A DNA stretch of 64,000 nucleotides from an uncultured delta proteobacterium (GTDB lineage Bacteria; Desulfobacterota; Binatia; JACPRU01). Position 1 is the first letter of the stretch; every line of letters starts with the position of its first letter. The position numbers and the translations under genes are program-made. The notes under the pieces were generated by a model. That model saw nothing but the letters and a program-made list of their open reading frames with translations. It was not told where the DNA came from and searched no databases. Below are positions 43,201 through 53,645 of the stretch, piece after piece. The stretch lies in the NCBI GenBank assembly GCA_963790365.1, contig CAWBOU010000001.1:772-64771 (forward strand). The letters run 5' to 3'.

Positions 43201-43889
43201 GCTTCCGTTACGTGCACGGGCTTCGCGAGGCGGCCGGCAAGCGGATCGAGGAAGAGCGCGGGAACGGTCCGTTCCTGTCGCTCGCGGATTTCGCGCGGCG
43301 GACCGCGCTTCGCGCGGACGAGCTCGACCGGCTCGCCCACCTCGGCGCGTTCGCGCCGTTCGGGCACACGCGCCGCGAGGCGCTCTGGCAGGCCGCGGCG
43401 CTCGAGCGCGATCCGCAGAGCCTCCTCGCGCGCGTGGAAACGAAGCGCGGCGGCAAGGCGCCCCTCCCCGAGATGAACGACCTCGAGCGCACGCTCGCGG
43501 ACTACTCGGCGAGCGGCATGACCGTCGGCCCGCACGTGATGCGCCATCTCCGCGAGGAGCTTCGCGCGCGCGGCGTCCGGAGCGCCATGGAGCTCCGGGG
43601 CGTGACGAGCGGCCAGCGAGTGCGCATCGCCGGGCACGTGATCGTCCGCCAGCGGCCGGGCACGGCGAAAGGCCTCCTCTTCCTCACGCTCGAGGACGAG
43701 ACCGGCGTCTCGAACGCGATCGTCATGCCGGATCGATTCGAGGAGCACCGCGCGCTGCTCCACGCCTCTCCCCTCCTCCTCGTCGAAGGTCCGGTGCAGA
43801 ACGTCGACGGCGTGATCCACGTGCGCGGCGAGCGCTTCGAGGCGATCCCGCTCGCGGGCACCACGCCCGCGTCACACGATTTTCACTGA
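40224..43889 (+). CDS. dnaE2: Error-prone DNA polymerase DnaE2 (ImuC), intein-containing
   Basis: PHP SSFSFLRGAS, GRGSAANS, PDIDID, PRHLGQHSGG, RQRPGTAKG. Confidence 0.96.
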   Translation: MSETFGSSVPDYVVPDYVELRARSSFSFLRGASNPEDLVDEAARLGHGALALGDRNGLYGAPRFFQAAKQAGVRAIVGADLAMSDGSSLYVLVESRAGYRNLCRLLTRAKLRAAKGEARVEWSDLEPHAEGLFALAGGDEGPFAQAAAARDENAAREVVTRLRRVFADRLYVDLQRHLDAGEERRNRFLAALAEAERIPLLVTNDVRHATRERRALLDALTCIREKTTLDRAGRVLLANAERHLKPARAIEQLFRDRPGAVRATRAVAERCEFTLADLGYRFPDYPLPDGVSADAYLRELAFAGARRRYRPMTDKVERQLEHELAIIAKLSLAGYFLIVWDIVEFCRREGILVQGRGSAANSAVCFCLGITAVDAVGMDLLFERFLSEERGEWPDIDIDLPSGDRRERVIQYVYDRYGKHGAAMTANVITYRSRSAAREIGKALGFAESEIDKLSKCLRSYGYVDQFDRLAPQVKRAGLDPDAPRVRWLVELAGQIEGLPRHLGQHSGGMVIAAGRLDEVVPLEPARMPGRVVVEWDKDDCADLGIIKVDLLGLGMMAVLEEAIPLVREHEGHELDLAALPANDPAVYAALQRADTVGVFQVESRAQMATLPRMKPTQFYDLVVEVAIIRPGPIVGQMVHPYLSRRAGREPVTYLHPALEPILARTLGVPLFQEQLLRMAMAVASFTPGEAEELRRALGFKRSAQRMGGIEKKLRAGMTANGITGETQETLVKSITSFALYGFPECVVGETRVIDADSGRWVTIEDVAKGRASLETTLACGEDLQLRRRRVLRAMCSGRKTVYRLQSSGGKEITATAEHPFLTPTGWQALGALRKGVPLAVVPTSPFGERSTAGRVRGRHRDDLPLTLALSPRGEGMRVDWDRVTTIEPAGERETYDLEIEGDHNFLANDFVVHNSHSASFALLAYASAYLKVHHAAAFLCALLNQWPMGFYHPATLVKDAQRHGVRVLPVDAARSGWLCTLERHETLCVRLGFRYVHGLREAAGKRIEEERGNGPFLSLADFARRTALRADELDRLAHLGAFAPFGHTRREALWQAAALERDPQSLLARVETKRGGKAPLPEMNDLERTLADYSASGMTVGPHVMRHLREELRARGVRSAMELRGVTSGQRVRIAGHVIVRQRPGTAKGLLFLTLEDETGVSNAIVMPDRFEEHRALLHASPLLLVEGPVQNVDGVIHVRGERFEAIPLAGTTPASHDFH
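42459..42968 (+). mobile_element. Mini-intein (170 aa, no homing endonuclease) in DnaE2
   Basis: Interrupts YGFPE|SH; starts CVVGET, block B ATAEHPF, block F TYDLEI, ends VVHN before Ser. Confidence 0.93.
42749..42850. repeat. Palindromic REP/MITE-like doublet in frame inside the intein
   Basis: CCTCTCCC-N-GGGGAGAGG...GGGTGAGGGG...CCCCTCACCC...CTCTCCCC-N-GGGGAGAGGG; similar to 57811-57913. Confidence 0.8.
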
Positions 43890-43899
43890 CGCGCGCCGG

Positions 43900-44637
43900 C
43901 TACGGCTGCTCGGCGACGCGCGCGCGCCCGATGAGATCCGCGAAGACCACGCAGCCGTGGATGCCCAGGCCGTGCTTGCCGATCAACGCGGCCATGCGTC
44001 CTTCGGCCTTCACCTTGCCGATGCCGCATTGCTCGGTGTCGTTCGTGAACTGCTGATCGAAGCGAGTGAGCCCGTGCTCGCCGAGCGTCCACCAGCTCAC
44101 CACTCCGGGCAAGCCCGGGTGCACGATGCCTTCGAAGATCCCGTGGTGACTGTACGCACCGTCCTCGTGATCCACGTAGCCGCTCGAAGTCGCGATCAAC
44201 AGGCCCGGCTTGTACGAAGTATCGACCGCGGCCTCGCTGGTCGGGATGTCCCAAGCTTCGTTCAGCTGCAGCCATTCCTCTCGATCGGTCACGTGCCAGA
44301 GGCGATAGAGGTCGAACGTGACCGACTCGAGGTTGAGGCCCGTCGGCGGTGCAATCAACACACCGACTTCGCTCCAGTTCGTCCGCTCCTTGGGACCTCC
44401 GTTCAACGACACGTCGCAGCTGACGACCATGACGCCGACGATCGCGATTCCCGCGGGCTCACCGAGAATCGCGAACCGCTTCGGCACGCCGGCACCGCGA
44501 GCGCGGGCGGCCGTCGTCGGCACGAAATAGTAGGAATTCTCGCAGCGAGTCGCGCGGTAACGGAATTCCGGAAGCTCCTCCGCCGCCGCCGGTCGCGCGA
44601 AGAACAAAGCGGCCGCGACGATCGTGACCCAGATCAT
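43900..44637 (-). CDS. Secreted hypothetical protein
   Basis: Signal peptide ending PAAA|E, 245 aa. Confidence 0.65.
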   Translation of the reverse strand: MIWVTIVAAALFFARPAAAEELPEFRYRATRCENSYYFVPTTAARARGAGVPKRFAILGEPAGIAIVGVMVVSCDVSLNGGPKERTNWSEVGVLIAPPTGLNLESVTFDLYRLWHVTDREEWLQLNEAWDIPTSEAAVDTSYKPGLLIATSSGYVDHEDGAYSHHGIFEGIVHPGLPGVVSWWTLGEHGLTRFDQQFTNDTEQCGIGKVKAEGRMAALIGKHGLGIHGCVVFADLIGRARVAEQP

Positions 44638-44729
44638 GAGCGCTCTCCTTCAGCTGGATGTCGGGAACGCCGAGAGTCCTAGCCGAAGAGGCGGCCGGCC
44701 GCTAGGACGGATGGTCGGGGCGTTACTCC

Positions 44730-46030
44730 ATGGCGAGCAAGGGCGAACGGGTCGTGCTCGACGTCGCCGGCCGCGAGGTCGCGGTCTCGAACCCGAGCAA
44801 GGTCTACTTCCCCGAGGCGGGCATCACCAAGCTCGACGTCGTCCGCTACTACCTGGCCGTCGCCGACGGCGCGCTGCGCGGCGCGGGCGGGCGGCCGAAC
44901 GTGCTCGTCCGCTACGCCGACGGCATCCACGGCGAGTTCTTCTACCAGAAGCGCGCGCCCGCCTCGCGGCCCGACTGGATCGAGGTCGTCGCGCTGCGCT
45001 TCCCGTCCGGCCGCGAAGCCGAGGAGGTCGTGCCGCGCGACGCGGCGGCGCTGGCCTGGATGGCGAACCTCGGCTGCCTCGAGCTGCATCCCGCATCCCG
45101 GTGCGCGCCGAGGACCTCGAGCATCCCGACGAGCTGCGCGTCGACCTCGATCCGATGCCCGGCATCGAGTGGTCGCAGCTCCAGGACGTCGCGCGCGTCG
45201 TCCGCGAGGTGCTCGCCGACTTCGGCCTCGTCGGCTGGCCGAAGACCTCGGGCTCGCGCGGCATCCACGTGAACGTGCGCATCCATCGCGCGCTGGTCGT
45301 TCACCGAGGTGCGGCGCGCCGCGCTCGCGCTCGCGCGCGAGGTCGAGCGGCGCGCGCCCGACGCTCGCCACCAGCAAGTGGTGGAAGGAGGAGCGCCACG
45401 GCGTCTTCCTCGACTACAACCAGAACGCCAAGGACCGCACCGTCGCCGGCGCGTACTCGGTGCGCCCGAAGCCCGACGCGCGCGTCTCCGCGCCCGTCAC
45501 GTGGGACGAGCTCTTCGACGTGCGCGCCCGAGGACTTCACGCTGCGCACGATGCCCGCGCGCTTCGCCGACGATCGGCGACCGGCACGCGGGGATCGACG
45601 AGCATGCCCGGCTCGCTCGACGCGCTGCTCGAGCTGTCGGCGCGGCAGGAGGCGGAAGGGCTCGGCGATGCGCCCTGGCCGCCGCACTACGCGAAGCAGG
45701 CCGGCGAGCCGCCGCGCGTCGCAGCCGTCGCGGCGCGAAGAACGGCCGAAGCCGCAGCGGCCGGCGTGCGCCCGACGAAGCCGCTCATCGAGATCGGCCG
45801 CGCCGCGAAGAAGGACGACGCGCTCGCCGGGCTCGAGCGCTGGAAGGCGCGCCATCCGCGACGCCGCCGCGCATCTCGCAGCCCGCCGACGTGCTGGTCG
45901 ACGCGATGCGCGGGCGCTCGTCGACCTGGACGCGCGTGCGCGTGAACCTCGAGCACGTGCCCGAGGCGCTCCGGCCGGAGCAGGAGCCGCTCGATCCCGA
46001 CTACGATCCGTGGGCGCGGCTCGAGAAGTC
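44730..46030 (+). CDS. Stand-alone LigD-type primase-polymerase (Prim-PolC-like), frameshifted, 3' end uncertain
   Basis: VSNPSKVYFP, FYQKRAP, ELRVDLDP, KTSGSRGIH, WWKEER, VFLDYNQNAKDRT. Confidence 0.85.
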
Positions 46031-47134
46031 CGACCGTCCGGAAGATCTCGGCGAGCTCGGCGGGCGGAGTGACCTCGAGCTGGTCGTAGCGGCAGTCCGC
46101 CGGGCGGCTTGTCGGGACGCCAGCGCAGGAAGATCGCGGCGTGCCGGAAGCGATCGCCCTGCAGGTGGTCGTACTTCACCTCGCAGACGCGCTCGATGCG
46201 GAGCGGCTCCCACGAGAGATCCTTGCCGGCGCTCCAGCGGCTCTGCGCGCCCGGCATGCGGACCGCGCCGTCGGTCGACGCTCGCCCACTCGCGCCACGG
46301 ATGCGCCGCGAGCGCGTCCTTCCGGAGCGGCTCGAGCTCGGCGGCGAGCTGGCGCCGCGCCTCCATCGTGAACGACGACGTCACGCCGACGTGGTGCAGC
46401 GCGCCCGCGTCGTCGTAGAGGCCGAGGAGCAGCGAGCCGACGTGCGTTGCCCGGGCCGTGCTTGTGCCAGCGAAAGCCCGCGACGACGCAGTCCGCGGTG
46501 CGCACGTGCTTCACCTTCACCATCGCGCGCTTGCCGGGCTGGTAGGTCGTGCGCTCGTGCTTGGCGATCACGCCGTCGAGCCCGGCGCCCTCGAAGCGAT
46601 GGAACCACTCGCCGGCGAGCGCCGCGATCGCGGCTGCAGGGCGTGAGGTGCACGCGGCCCGCCGCGTCTGCGCGAGCGCGCTGCTCGAGCCGCGCGCGCC
46701 GCTCGGCCTGCGGCAGCGCGCGCAGGTCGTCGTCGCCGTCGGCGAGCAGGTCGAACGCGACGAACGACGACGGGCGTCTCCGCGGCGAGCTTCGCGACCC
46801 GCGAAGCGGCGGGATGGAGGCGCAGCTGCAGCGCGTCGAAGTCGAGGCCGTGCTCGGTCGCGATCACGATCTCGCCGTCGACGACGCAGCGGGCGGGCAG
46901 ATGCTCGCGCGGAACGCCTCCGCGAGCTCCGGGAAGTAGCGGTCGAGCGGCTTCGAAGTCGCGGCTCTGGATGTAGAAGCGGTCGCCGTCGCGAAAGACG
47001 ATCGCGCGAAAGCCGTCCCACTTGGGCTCGAAGAGCCAGCCGTCGCCCGCGGGCAGCTCGGTCGCGAGCTTCGCGAGCATCGGCTCGATCGGCGGCTCGA
47101 TCGGAAAATCGGCCTTTGCGTCCGTTCTGGCCAT
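46030..47134 (-). CDS. ligC: ATP-dependent DNA ligase (LigC-like), frameshifted, 3' end uncertain
   Basis: PMLAKL, EPKWDGFR, EGAGLDGVIAK, KVKHVRTADCVV, GDRFRH. Confidence 0.85.
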
Positions 47135-48016
47135 CAGCGCTTTCCGAGCCGCGCGGCGATTCGGCCGTCGGCCGAGGCCCAACCCGCGTCGAAGGCTCGG
47201 CCCGCCTCGTCGAGGTCGACTCACGAGCGGAGCGTGATCGGAGGGAAGCGGCTTGCCCTTGCGCGCCTCGCGATCGATCTCCGCCCAGACGATGCGCTCG
47301 GCGATTCCGGTCGTACCCAGCAAGTGATCGATGCGCATGCCGAAGTTCTTGTGGAAGTTTCCGGCGCGATAGTCCCACCAGGTGTAGCGGCCCGGCTCGG
47401 GATGGTGCTCGCGATAGACGATCGACGAGGCCCCAGCGACGGAGCTTCTCGAACGCTTCACGTTCCGGCGGCGAGACGTGCGTGCCGCCGTGGCAGGCGC
47501 GCGGATCCCACACGTCGGCGTCCTCGGGCGCGACGTTGAAGTCGCCGCCGATGACGAGCGGCTCGTCGGGGTTCGCGGCCTCGGCGAGCCAGCGGGCGAG
47601 GCGGTCGAACCAGGCGAGCTTCGCTGCGTAGAACGGCGAGCCGACGCTCCGTCCGTTCGGCGCATAGATGCAGACGACGCGGACGCCGCCCGTCGCAACC
47701 GCGATCATCCGCGCCTCGGCGAGCGGCTCGTCGTCGGCCGACGTCCGGGGTCTTCACGGGCGCGAGCGGGCGACCGAAGTTCGTGACGACGTCGGTCGAT
47801 TTCGCCGCGGCTCGCGATGGCGACGCCGTTCCAGCGCCCTTCGCCGTGGTGCGCGAGCGCGTAGCCGGCGTCGCGAAACGCCGCGACCGGCGCGTCCGCG
47901 TCGGCGAGCTTGGTCTCCTGCATGAGGAGCACGTCTGGCCGCGCACGCTCGAGCCACCAGAGCACCTTCTCGAGCCGCGCCTGCAGCGAGTTGACGTTCC
48001 AGGTCGCGATCCGCAC
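47134..48016 (-). CDS. xth: Exodeoxyribonuclease III (AP endonuclease), frameshifted
   Basis: IATWNVNS, MQETK, GDFNVAP, YTWWDYRAG, RIDH, PSDHAP. Confidence 0.9.
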
Positions 48017-48037
48017 TCGGATCCCTGTAGCGCGGCC

Positions 48038-48580
48038 CTACTTCCGCTTCCAGAACTCCTGCGAAGGGATCCGCATCGCGCGGTTGAACTTGCTCGAGCA
48101 GTTCTCCCACGCGATCGTCGCCGTCAGCTCGACGATCGCCTCCTCTTCGTAGACCGCACGCAGCCGCTCGAAGAGCTCGTCGGGGACCTCACGACCGGTG
48201 ATCGTCATCGAGTCGGCGTATTCGAGTGTGACCTTCTCGACGTCGGTGAAGAGCGGGCTCGTCGCGTAGTCTGCGAGCGCGGCGATCTTCTCGTCCGAGA
48301 TGCCGGTGGCGCTGCCGACGGCAGCGTTGATGTCTTGTCAAAAGACGCAGCCGTTGAGCGACGCGACCCGGCGGTTGACGAGCGCGACGAGGCCGCGATC
48401 GACGAGACCGGACTGCGCGAGCCCGACCCACATGCCCTGCACCGCGCGGAAGATCGTCGGCCGGCGCGCATAGACCGGGTACGGCGCGAGCACGGTGCCC
48501 CAGGTTTTCTCCTGACCGCGAAAGGCTTTCTCCACTTCGGGCGAAACGGCCGCGCGGTCCACGTCTTTCACTCTGGCCAT
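48038..48580 (-). CDS. AhpD/carboxymuconolactone decarboxylase family selenoprotein (CxxU)
   Basis: NGCVF-TGA(48340-48338)-QDIN; the same frame continues with AhpD-like sequence (EKVTLEYADSMT, IVELTATIAWEN) to TAG at 48038. Confidence 0.8.
48310..48326 (-). promoter_or_regulatory. Putative bacterial SECIS hairpin
   Basis: CGCTGCC-GTC-GGCAGCG beginning at nt 12 after the in-frame UGA, G first in the loop. Confidence 0.6.
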
Positions 48581-48612
48581 GACGGCGCCCTCCTGAGGCG
48601 GCGAAAAAATCG

Positions 48613-50530
48613 CTACGCGGAGCTCGCGAGAGCTTCGTCGAGCTTCGAGTAGAGCGCGGTGATCCGCGCCTTCACCTCGCCGTAGCGGGCGATCAACCCG
48701 TTCGGATCGGGGTGACTCGAGATAGAAGTCGGGCTTCGAGAGCTCGGCGCTGAGCGCGGCCTGCTCTTCCTCGCACCGCGCGATCTCGTCGGTGATGCGC
48801 GCGGGGTCGAGATCCGGCCGCTTCTTCGCGCGCGGTGCCGCGGGCTTCGCAGCCGGCGCGGGCTTCGCCGCCGGGGCCGCGGCCGCCTTCTTCGCGGGCG
48901 GCGGAGCCGCAGAGGGCGCGTCCTCCGCGGCCTTCTTCCGCAGATAGTCCTCGTAGTTCCCGATGTAGCGCGTCGCCTTGCCGCGCCCGACCTCGATCAC
49001 GCACGTCGGCAGCACGTCGAGGATGTAGCGATCGTGCGAGACGAGCACGATCGTCCCCTCGAAGTTCGCGAGCGCCTCGAGGAGCACGTCCTTGGCGTGG
49101 ATGTCGAGGTGGTTCGTCGGCTCGTCGAGGAGGAGGCAGTTCATCGGCGTGAGCAGGAGCTTCGCGAGCGCGACGCGGTTCCGTTCGCCGCCGGAGAGGA
49201 CCGAGGTCGGCTTGTGCACCGCCTCGCCCGAGAAGAGGAACGCACCGAGGATTTCCCGGAGCCGCGGCACCACATCGTAGGGCGCGACCGCCATCATCTC
49301 GTCGAGCACGGACTTCGTGGGGTCGAGCTCCGTCGACTGATCCTGCGCGAAATAGCCGAGTGCGACGTTGTGGCCGATCTTCCGCTCGCCCGCCGTCGCG
49401 GGCTCGACACCGGCGAGGAGCTTGACGAGCGTCGTCTTGCCGGCCCCGTTCGGCCCGACGAGCGCGATCTTTTCGCCGCGCTCGATCGCGAGATCGATGC
49501 CGTCGTAGACCACGAGGTCGCCGTATTGCTTCGTGAGGCCGCGCACCTCGAGCACGGACCGGCCGCTCCGTGGCGCGGGCGGTAACCGGAAGTGGAGCTT
49601 CGCGAGGCCGGGCGGCAACTCCAGCCGCTCGACCTTCTCGAGCTGTTTGACCCGGCTCTGCACGAGCTTCGCCTTCGAGGCCTGGTAGCGGAACTTGCGG
49701 ATGAAGTTCTCGGTCCGCTCGATCTCCTCTTTCTGCACCTCGTACGCATGCCGCGCGAGCTCGAGGCGCTCGGCCTTCTGCACCTCGTACCTCGAGAAGT
49801 TGCAGGAGAAGTCCGTGACCTTGCCCGCCTCGACCTCGGCGATGCGCGTGACGGTGACGTCGAGGAAATAGCGGTCGTGTGCAACGAGGATGACCGCGCC
49901 CGGATACGCCTTGAGAAACTCCTCGAGCCAATTCCGCGCCTCGAGATCGAGGTGGTTCGTCGGCTCGTCGAGGAGAAGCACGTCGGGACGCTCCAGGAGG
50001 AGGCGCGCGAGCGCGACGCGCATCTGCCAGCCGCCGCTGAACTCGCCGACGTCGCGAGTCATGTCCTCGTCGCGAAAGCCGAGGCCGTGGAGGACCTCTT
50101 CGGCGCGCGCACTCGAGATCGTAGGCGCCGCGGCGATCCCATTCCTCGCGCACATGCGCATAGCCGTCGAGGATCGCGGCATACGCCGGATCCGACGAGT
50201 CCTGCGTGGCGAGCGCTTCCTCGAGCTCCCGCGCATCGCGCCTCGAGCGCGTGGAGCTCCTCGAACGCCTCGAGCGCGGCCGCGCGCACGGGCCGCCCGC
50301 CCATGCCGACGATCTCCTGCGGCAGATAGCCGACGCGCATTCCCTTCCGCAGGCAGACCTCGCCGCGATCGGGCTCGACGCGTCCGGCGATCGATCCGGA
50401 GGAGCGTCGATTTCCCGGCGCCGTTCGCGCCCGCGAGGCCGACGCGCTCGCCCTCGCCGACGAACCAGTCGACGTCGCGAAGCACGGTTTGCGGCCCGTA
50501 GGATTTCGAGACCGAGACGAGGGAGAGCAA
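48613..50530 (-). CDS. ABC-F family ATPase (a few indels)
   Basis: Two ABC cassettes: GANGAGKS, FSGGW, LDEPTNHLD, GPNGAGKT, LSGGE; true stop TAG at 48613. Confidence 0.92.
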
Positions 50531-51127
50531 CTACATCTCCCGGCGGCCTTCGAGCGCGCGGGAGAGCGTCACGCCATCGGCGTACTCGACGTCGGCGCCC
50601 ATCGGCAGGCCGTGTGCGATGCGCGTGACCTTCAGGCCGAGCGGCTTCGTGAGCCGCGCCAGCGCCATCGCCGTTGCCTCGCCCTCGACCGTCGGGTTGG
50701 TGGCGAGAATGAGCTCGCGCACGATCCCCTGTTTCACGCGCTCGAGAAGCTCGGCGATCTTCAACTGCTCGAGCCCGATGCCGTCGAGCGGCGCGAGCAC
50801 GCCGTGAAGCACGTGATACTTGCCGCGGAAGTCGCCGGCGCGCTCGATCGCCATCACATCCGCGGGATCCTCGACGACGCAGACCGTCTCTTCACTCCGC
50901 GCCGGGTCGCCGCAGATCGCGCACGGGCTCACGTCCGAGAACGACAGACAATTCGTGCAGAGACAGATCTCGCCCTTCAACGCGGCGACCGCCTCGGCGA
51001 GCGAGCGCGACGTCTCTTCCTCGGCTCGGAGGAGGAAGAACGCGAGCCGCGTCGCCGTCTTCTCGCCGATGCCGGGGAGACGGCTGAATTGCTCGACGAC
51101 GCGGCGGAGCGGAAGGGGAAGCGCCAT
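50531..51127 (-). CDS. recR: Recombination mediator RecR
   Basis: LPGIGEKTA, C4 zinc finger, ILATNPTVEGEATA. Confidence 0.97.
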   Translation of the reverse strand: MALPLPLRRVVEQFSRLPGIGEKTATRLAFFLLRAEEETSRSLAEAVAALKGEICLCTNCLSFSDVSPCAICGDPARSEETVCVVEDPADVMAIERAGDFRGKYHVLHGVLAPLDGIGLEQLKIAELLERVKQGIVRELILATNPTVEGEATAMALARLTKPLGLKVTRIAHGLPMGADVEYADGVTLSRALEGRREM

Positions 51128-51136
51128 CTCGGACGG

Positions 51137-51472
51137 CTAGCCTCCGAAGCCGGGAATCTTGATCCCGCCCGTCAGCTCACTCATCTCTTTCGCCATCATC
51201 TCCTGCGCGCGTCGGACCGCTTCGTTGACCGCGGCGACGACGAGATCCTGGAGCATCGCTCGGTCGCCCGACTCGAAGACCGCGGGCTCGATCTTCAGCT
51301 CGACGAGCTCGTGCTTGCCGTTCACCACCGCCGTGACCATCCCGCCGCCGGCCGTCGCCTCGACGGTCCGCCGCTGCGCGTCCTCCTGGACGCGGGCGAG
51401 CTTCGATTGCAGCTCCTGCGCGTGTTTCAGGAGATCGCCGAATCCACCGAGGTCGCCGGGAAGCTTGGGCAT
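51137..51472 (-). CDS. ybaB: YbaB/EbfC nucleoid-associated protein
   Basis: AGGGMV, LQDLVVAAVNEA; lies between dnaX and recR. Confidence 0.96.
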   Translation of the reverse strand: MPKLPGDLGGFGDLLKHAQELQSKLARVQEDAQRRTVEATAGGGMVTAVVNGKHELVELKIEPAVFESGDRAMLQDLVVAAVNEAVRRAQEMMAKEMSELTGGIKIPGFGG

Positions 51473-51483
51473 GATTCCTCCGA

Positions 51484-53205
51484 TCAGCGCCGGCGCGCGT
51501 CGCGCACCTCGCGAACCGCGCCGCCGAGGATGTTGACGGCCTGCTGCACGGCGGGATCGCTGCGTACTTCATCGTTCAGGTCTTCGCGTGTGTCTTCGAC
51601 GGCCGCGTCCGCCGCTTCGACGCGGACCGGCGTCGGCGCGCCGAAGTGCTCGCCCGCGAGAGTCGCGAGCATCTCGAGATTCTCGCGCCGCGAGAGCTCG
51701 CGCTGGAAATGCGTGTCGCGCGCGACGGCGAGGACGACGCCGCCGGCGCGGCACTCGAGCGGACGCGCCTGCATCAGGTTGAGATACAGAGTGAGGCGAC
51801 GCTCCTGAACGAAGCGGAGGAAGTCCTCCCACCCCGCGGCGGAAGCGCCGTCCGCGGCCGGGCGCGACGGTTTCGGAGCCGGCTCCGCCGACGCCTCGGC
51901 GACCGGCGCGGGATCCGATGGCGCGCTCCGCTGCGGCTCGCGCGGAGCCGGTCGTTCGGGCGCCGGACGCGGCGCGGGCTCCGTTCGCGGTCGCGGTCCG
52001 CCGGACGGCCCGGGACGCCCCCCGCCGCCTCCGAGACGCGCCTCGATGTCCTCGAGGCGCTCGAGCGCTTCCTCGACGCCGAGCGCGGGCTCGAGCGTCG
52101 CCTGGCGAACCGCCAACATCTCGAGCACGAGCCGCGGGTCCGACGCGCTCCGGAGCTCCGCCTCACCGCGAAAGATGACGCGGAAGAGGCGCTGGAGGTC
52201 GGCGAGCGAGCGGAGCCCCGCCTGGCGGACGAGCTCGCTCTTCTCCTCTTCCGGAAGATCGCGCAGGAGGTCCGGACCGCCCGCGACCTTCACGACGACG
52301 AGATTCCGCCAGTGCTCGAGGAGGTCGCGCGTGAAGCGCTCGAGGTCGGCGCTCGATTCGTAGAGGCGATCGACGACGCCGAGCGCGGCGCGCGCATCGG
52401 ACGCGAGCGCCGCATCCGCCGCTTCGAACACGAGCCGGCGATCCGCGATGCCGAGGATCTCGGTCGCCTGCGCGGCGTCGATCTTCTTCCCCGCGAACGC
52501 GATCAGCCGGTCGAGCAGCGACTCCGCGTCGCGCATGCTCCCTTCCGACTCGCGCGCGACCTGGAAGAGCGCCGTCTCCTCGATCTTCACGCCTTCCTTC
52601 TCGGCGAGCTCGCGGAGATGCGCGGCGATCTTCGTGAAGGGAATCCGCTTGAAGTCGTAGCGCTGGCAGCGCGAGACGATCGTGTCCGGGAACTTGTCGA
52701 TCGCGGTCGTCGCGAAGATGAACTTCACGTGCGGCGGCGGCTCCTCGAGCGTCTTCAGGAGCGCGTTGAAGCCCTCGCGCGTCACCATGTGCGCTTCGTC
52801 GATGATGAACACGCGATAGCGGCACTTCGCGGGAGCGTAGCGGACGCTCTCGGTGAGCTCGCGGATCGAATCGATGCCGCGATTCGAGGCGCCGTCGATC
52901 TCGGCGACGTCGACCGAGGAGGACGAGGCGATCTCCCGGCAGTTCGAGCAGGCGCTCTTCGCCGCCGGATCGGCGCACGGCTCGGGCGTCGGCCCGTCGC
53001 TCTTCTCGCAATTGAGCGCCCGCGCGAGGAGCCGCGCCGCCGTCGTCTTGCCGACGCCGCGGATACCGGTGAAGAGGAACGCGTGCGCGATCCGGCCGCT
53101 CGTGACGGCGTTCTTGAGCGTCCGCGAGAGCGCTTCCTGGCCGACGAGGTCCTGGAAGCGCTGCGGGCGATACTTGCGGGCGAGAACCTGAAATTCAGCG
53201 GGCAC
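51484..53205 (-). CDS. dnaX: DNA polymerase III subunit gamma/tau
   Basis: LARKYRPQ, GIRGVGKTT, IIDEAHM, LLKTLEEPP, SRCQ. Confidence 0.97.
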   Translation of the reverse strand: MPAEFQVLARKYRPQRFQDLVGQEALSRTLKNAVTSGRIAHAFLFTGIRGVGKTTAARLLARALNCEKSDGPTPEPCADPAAKSACSNCREIASSSSVDVAEIDGASNRGIDSIRELTESVRYAPAKCRYRVFIIDEAHMVTREGFNALLKTLEEPPPHVKFIFATTAIDKFPDTIVSRCQRYDFKRIPFTKIAAHLRELAEKEGVKIEETALFQVARESEGSMRDAESLLDRLIAFAGKKIDAAQATEILGIADRRLVFEAADAALASDARAALGVVDRLYESSADLERFTRDLLEHWRNLVVVKVAGGPDLLRDLPEEEKSELVRQAGLRSLADLQRLFRVIFRGEAELRSASDPRLVLEMLAVRQATLEPALGVEEALERLEDIEARLGGGGGRPGPSGGPRPRTEPAPRPAPERPAPREPQRSAPSDPAPVAEASAEPAPKPSRPAADGASAAGWEDFLRFVQERRLTLYLNLMQARPLECRAGGVVLAVARDTHFQRELSRRENLEMLATLAGEHFGAPTPVRVEAADAAVEDTREDLNDEVRSDPAVQQAVNILGGAVREVRDARRR

Positions 53206-53235
53206 GGGATTCTCGGAGGGCCGAAGGAAACTGGG

Positions 53236-53363
53236 GAAGGTGGTCGGTGATCGCTAGGTTTCCCTGCGGCACAGAGGTTTGGCCGGTACCGTTGCTTCCT
53301 TCCGGACCTGGCGGGGTTCGCGGCTTCCTCTTGCGCAGGACCTAGCGATCACTCACCACCCTC
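53236..53363 (-). ncRNA. ffs: Signal recognition particle RNA (4.5S)
   Basis: CAGGTCCGGAAGGAAGCAACGG core in a long hairpin, directly upstream of dnaX. Confidence 0.92.
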
Positions 53364-53395
53364 GTTGCTCTCTTCTACCAGCGTTTCCGGCGAAA

Positions 53396-53481
<86 letters not shown>

Positions 53482-53558
53482 TCAAAGGAGCTGCTTCGTC
53501 CGTCAATATAGAGGTCGCTCGTCCCCGGTAAACCCCCGGCTGCCCGACGCTCCATCAA

Positions 53559-53645
53559 CGGAGAGGGTGGGATTTGAACCCACGGTACCCTTCCGGGTAC
53601 ACACGCTTTCGAGGCGTGCGCCTTCAACCACTCGGCCACCTCTCC
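53559..53645 (-). tRNA. tRNA-Ser(CGA)
   Basis: GGAGAGG acceptor, CTCGAAA loop, long variable arm, GGTTCAAATCC. Confidence 0.95.

Noticed and set aside
44730-50530. Frameshifts in Prim-Pol, ligC, xth and ABC-F
   Set aside because: Same indel pattern across unrelated genes; treated as assembly error.
48338-50530. Apparent ABC-F/AhpD fusion in the ORF track
   Set aside because: An indel near 48700 bypasses the ABC-F stop at 48613; the AhpD-like gene has its own AGGAGG RBS and ATG.
51484-53205. Programmed tau/gamma frameshift in dnaX
   Set aside because: No A-AAA-AAG or poly-A slippage tract seen.
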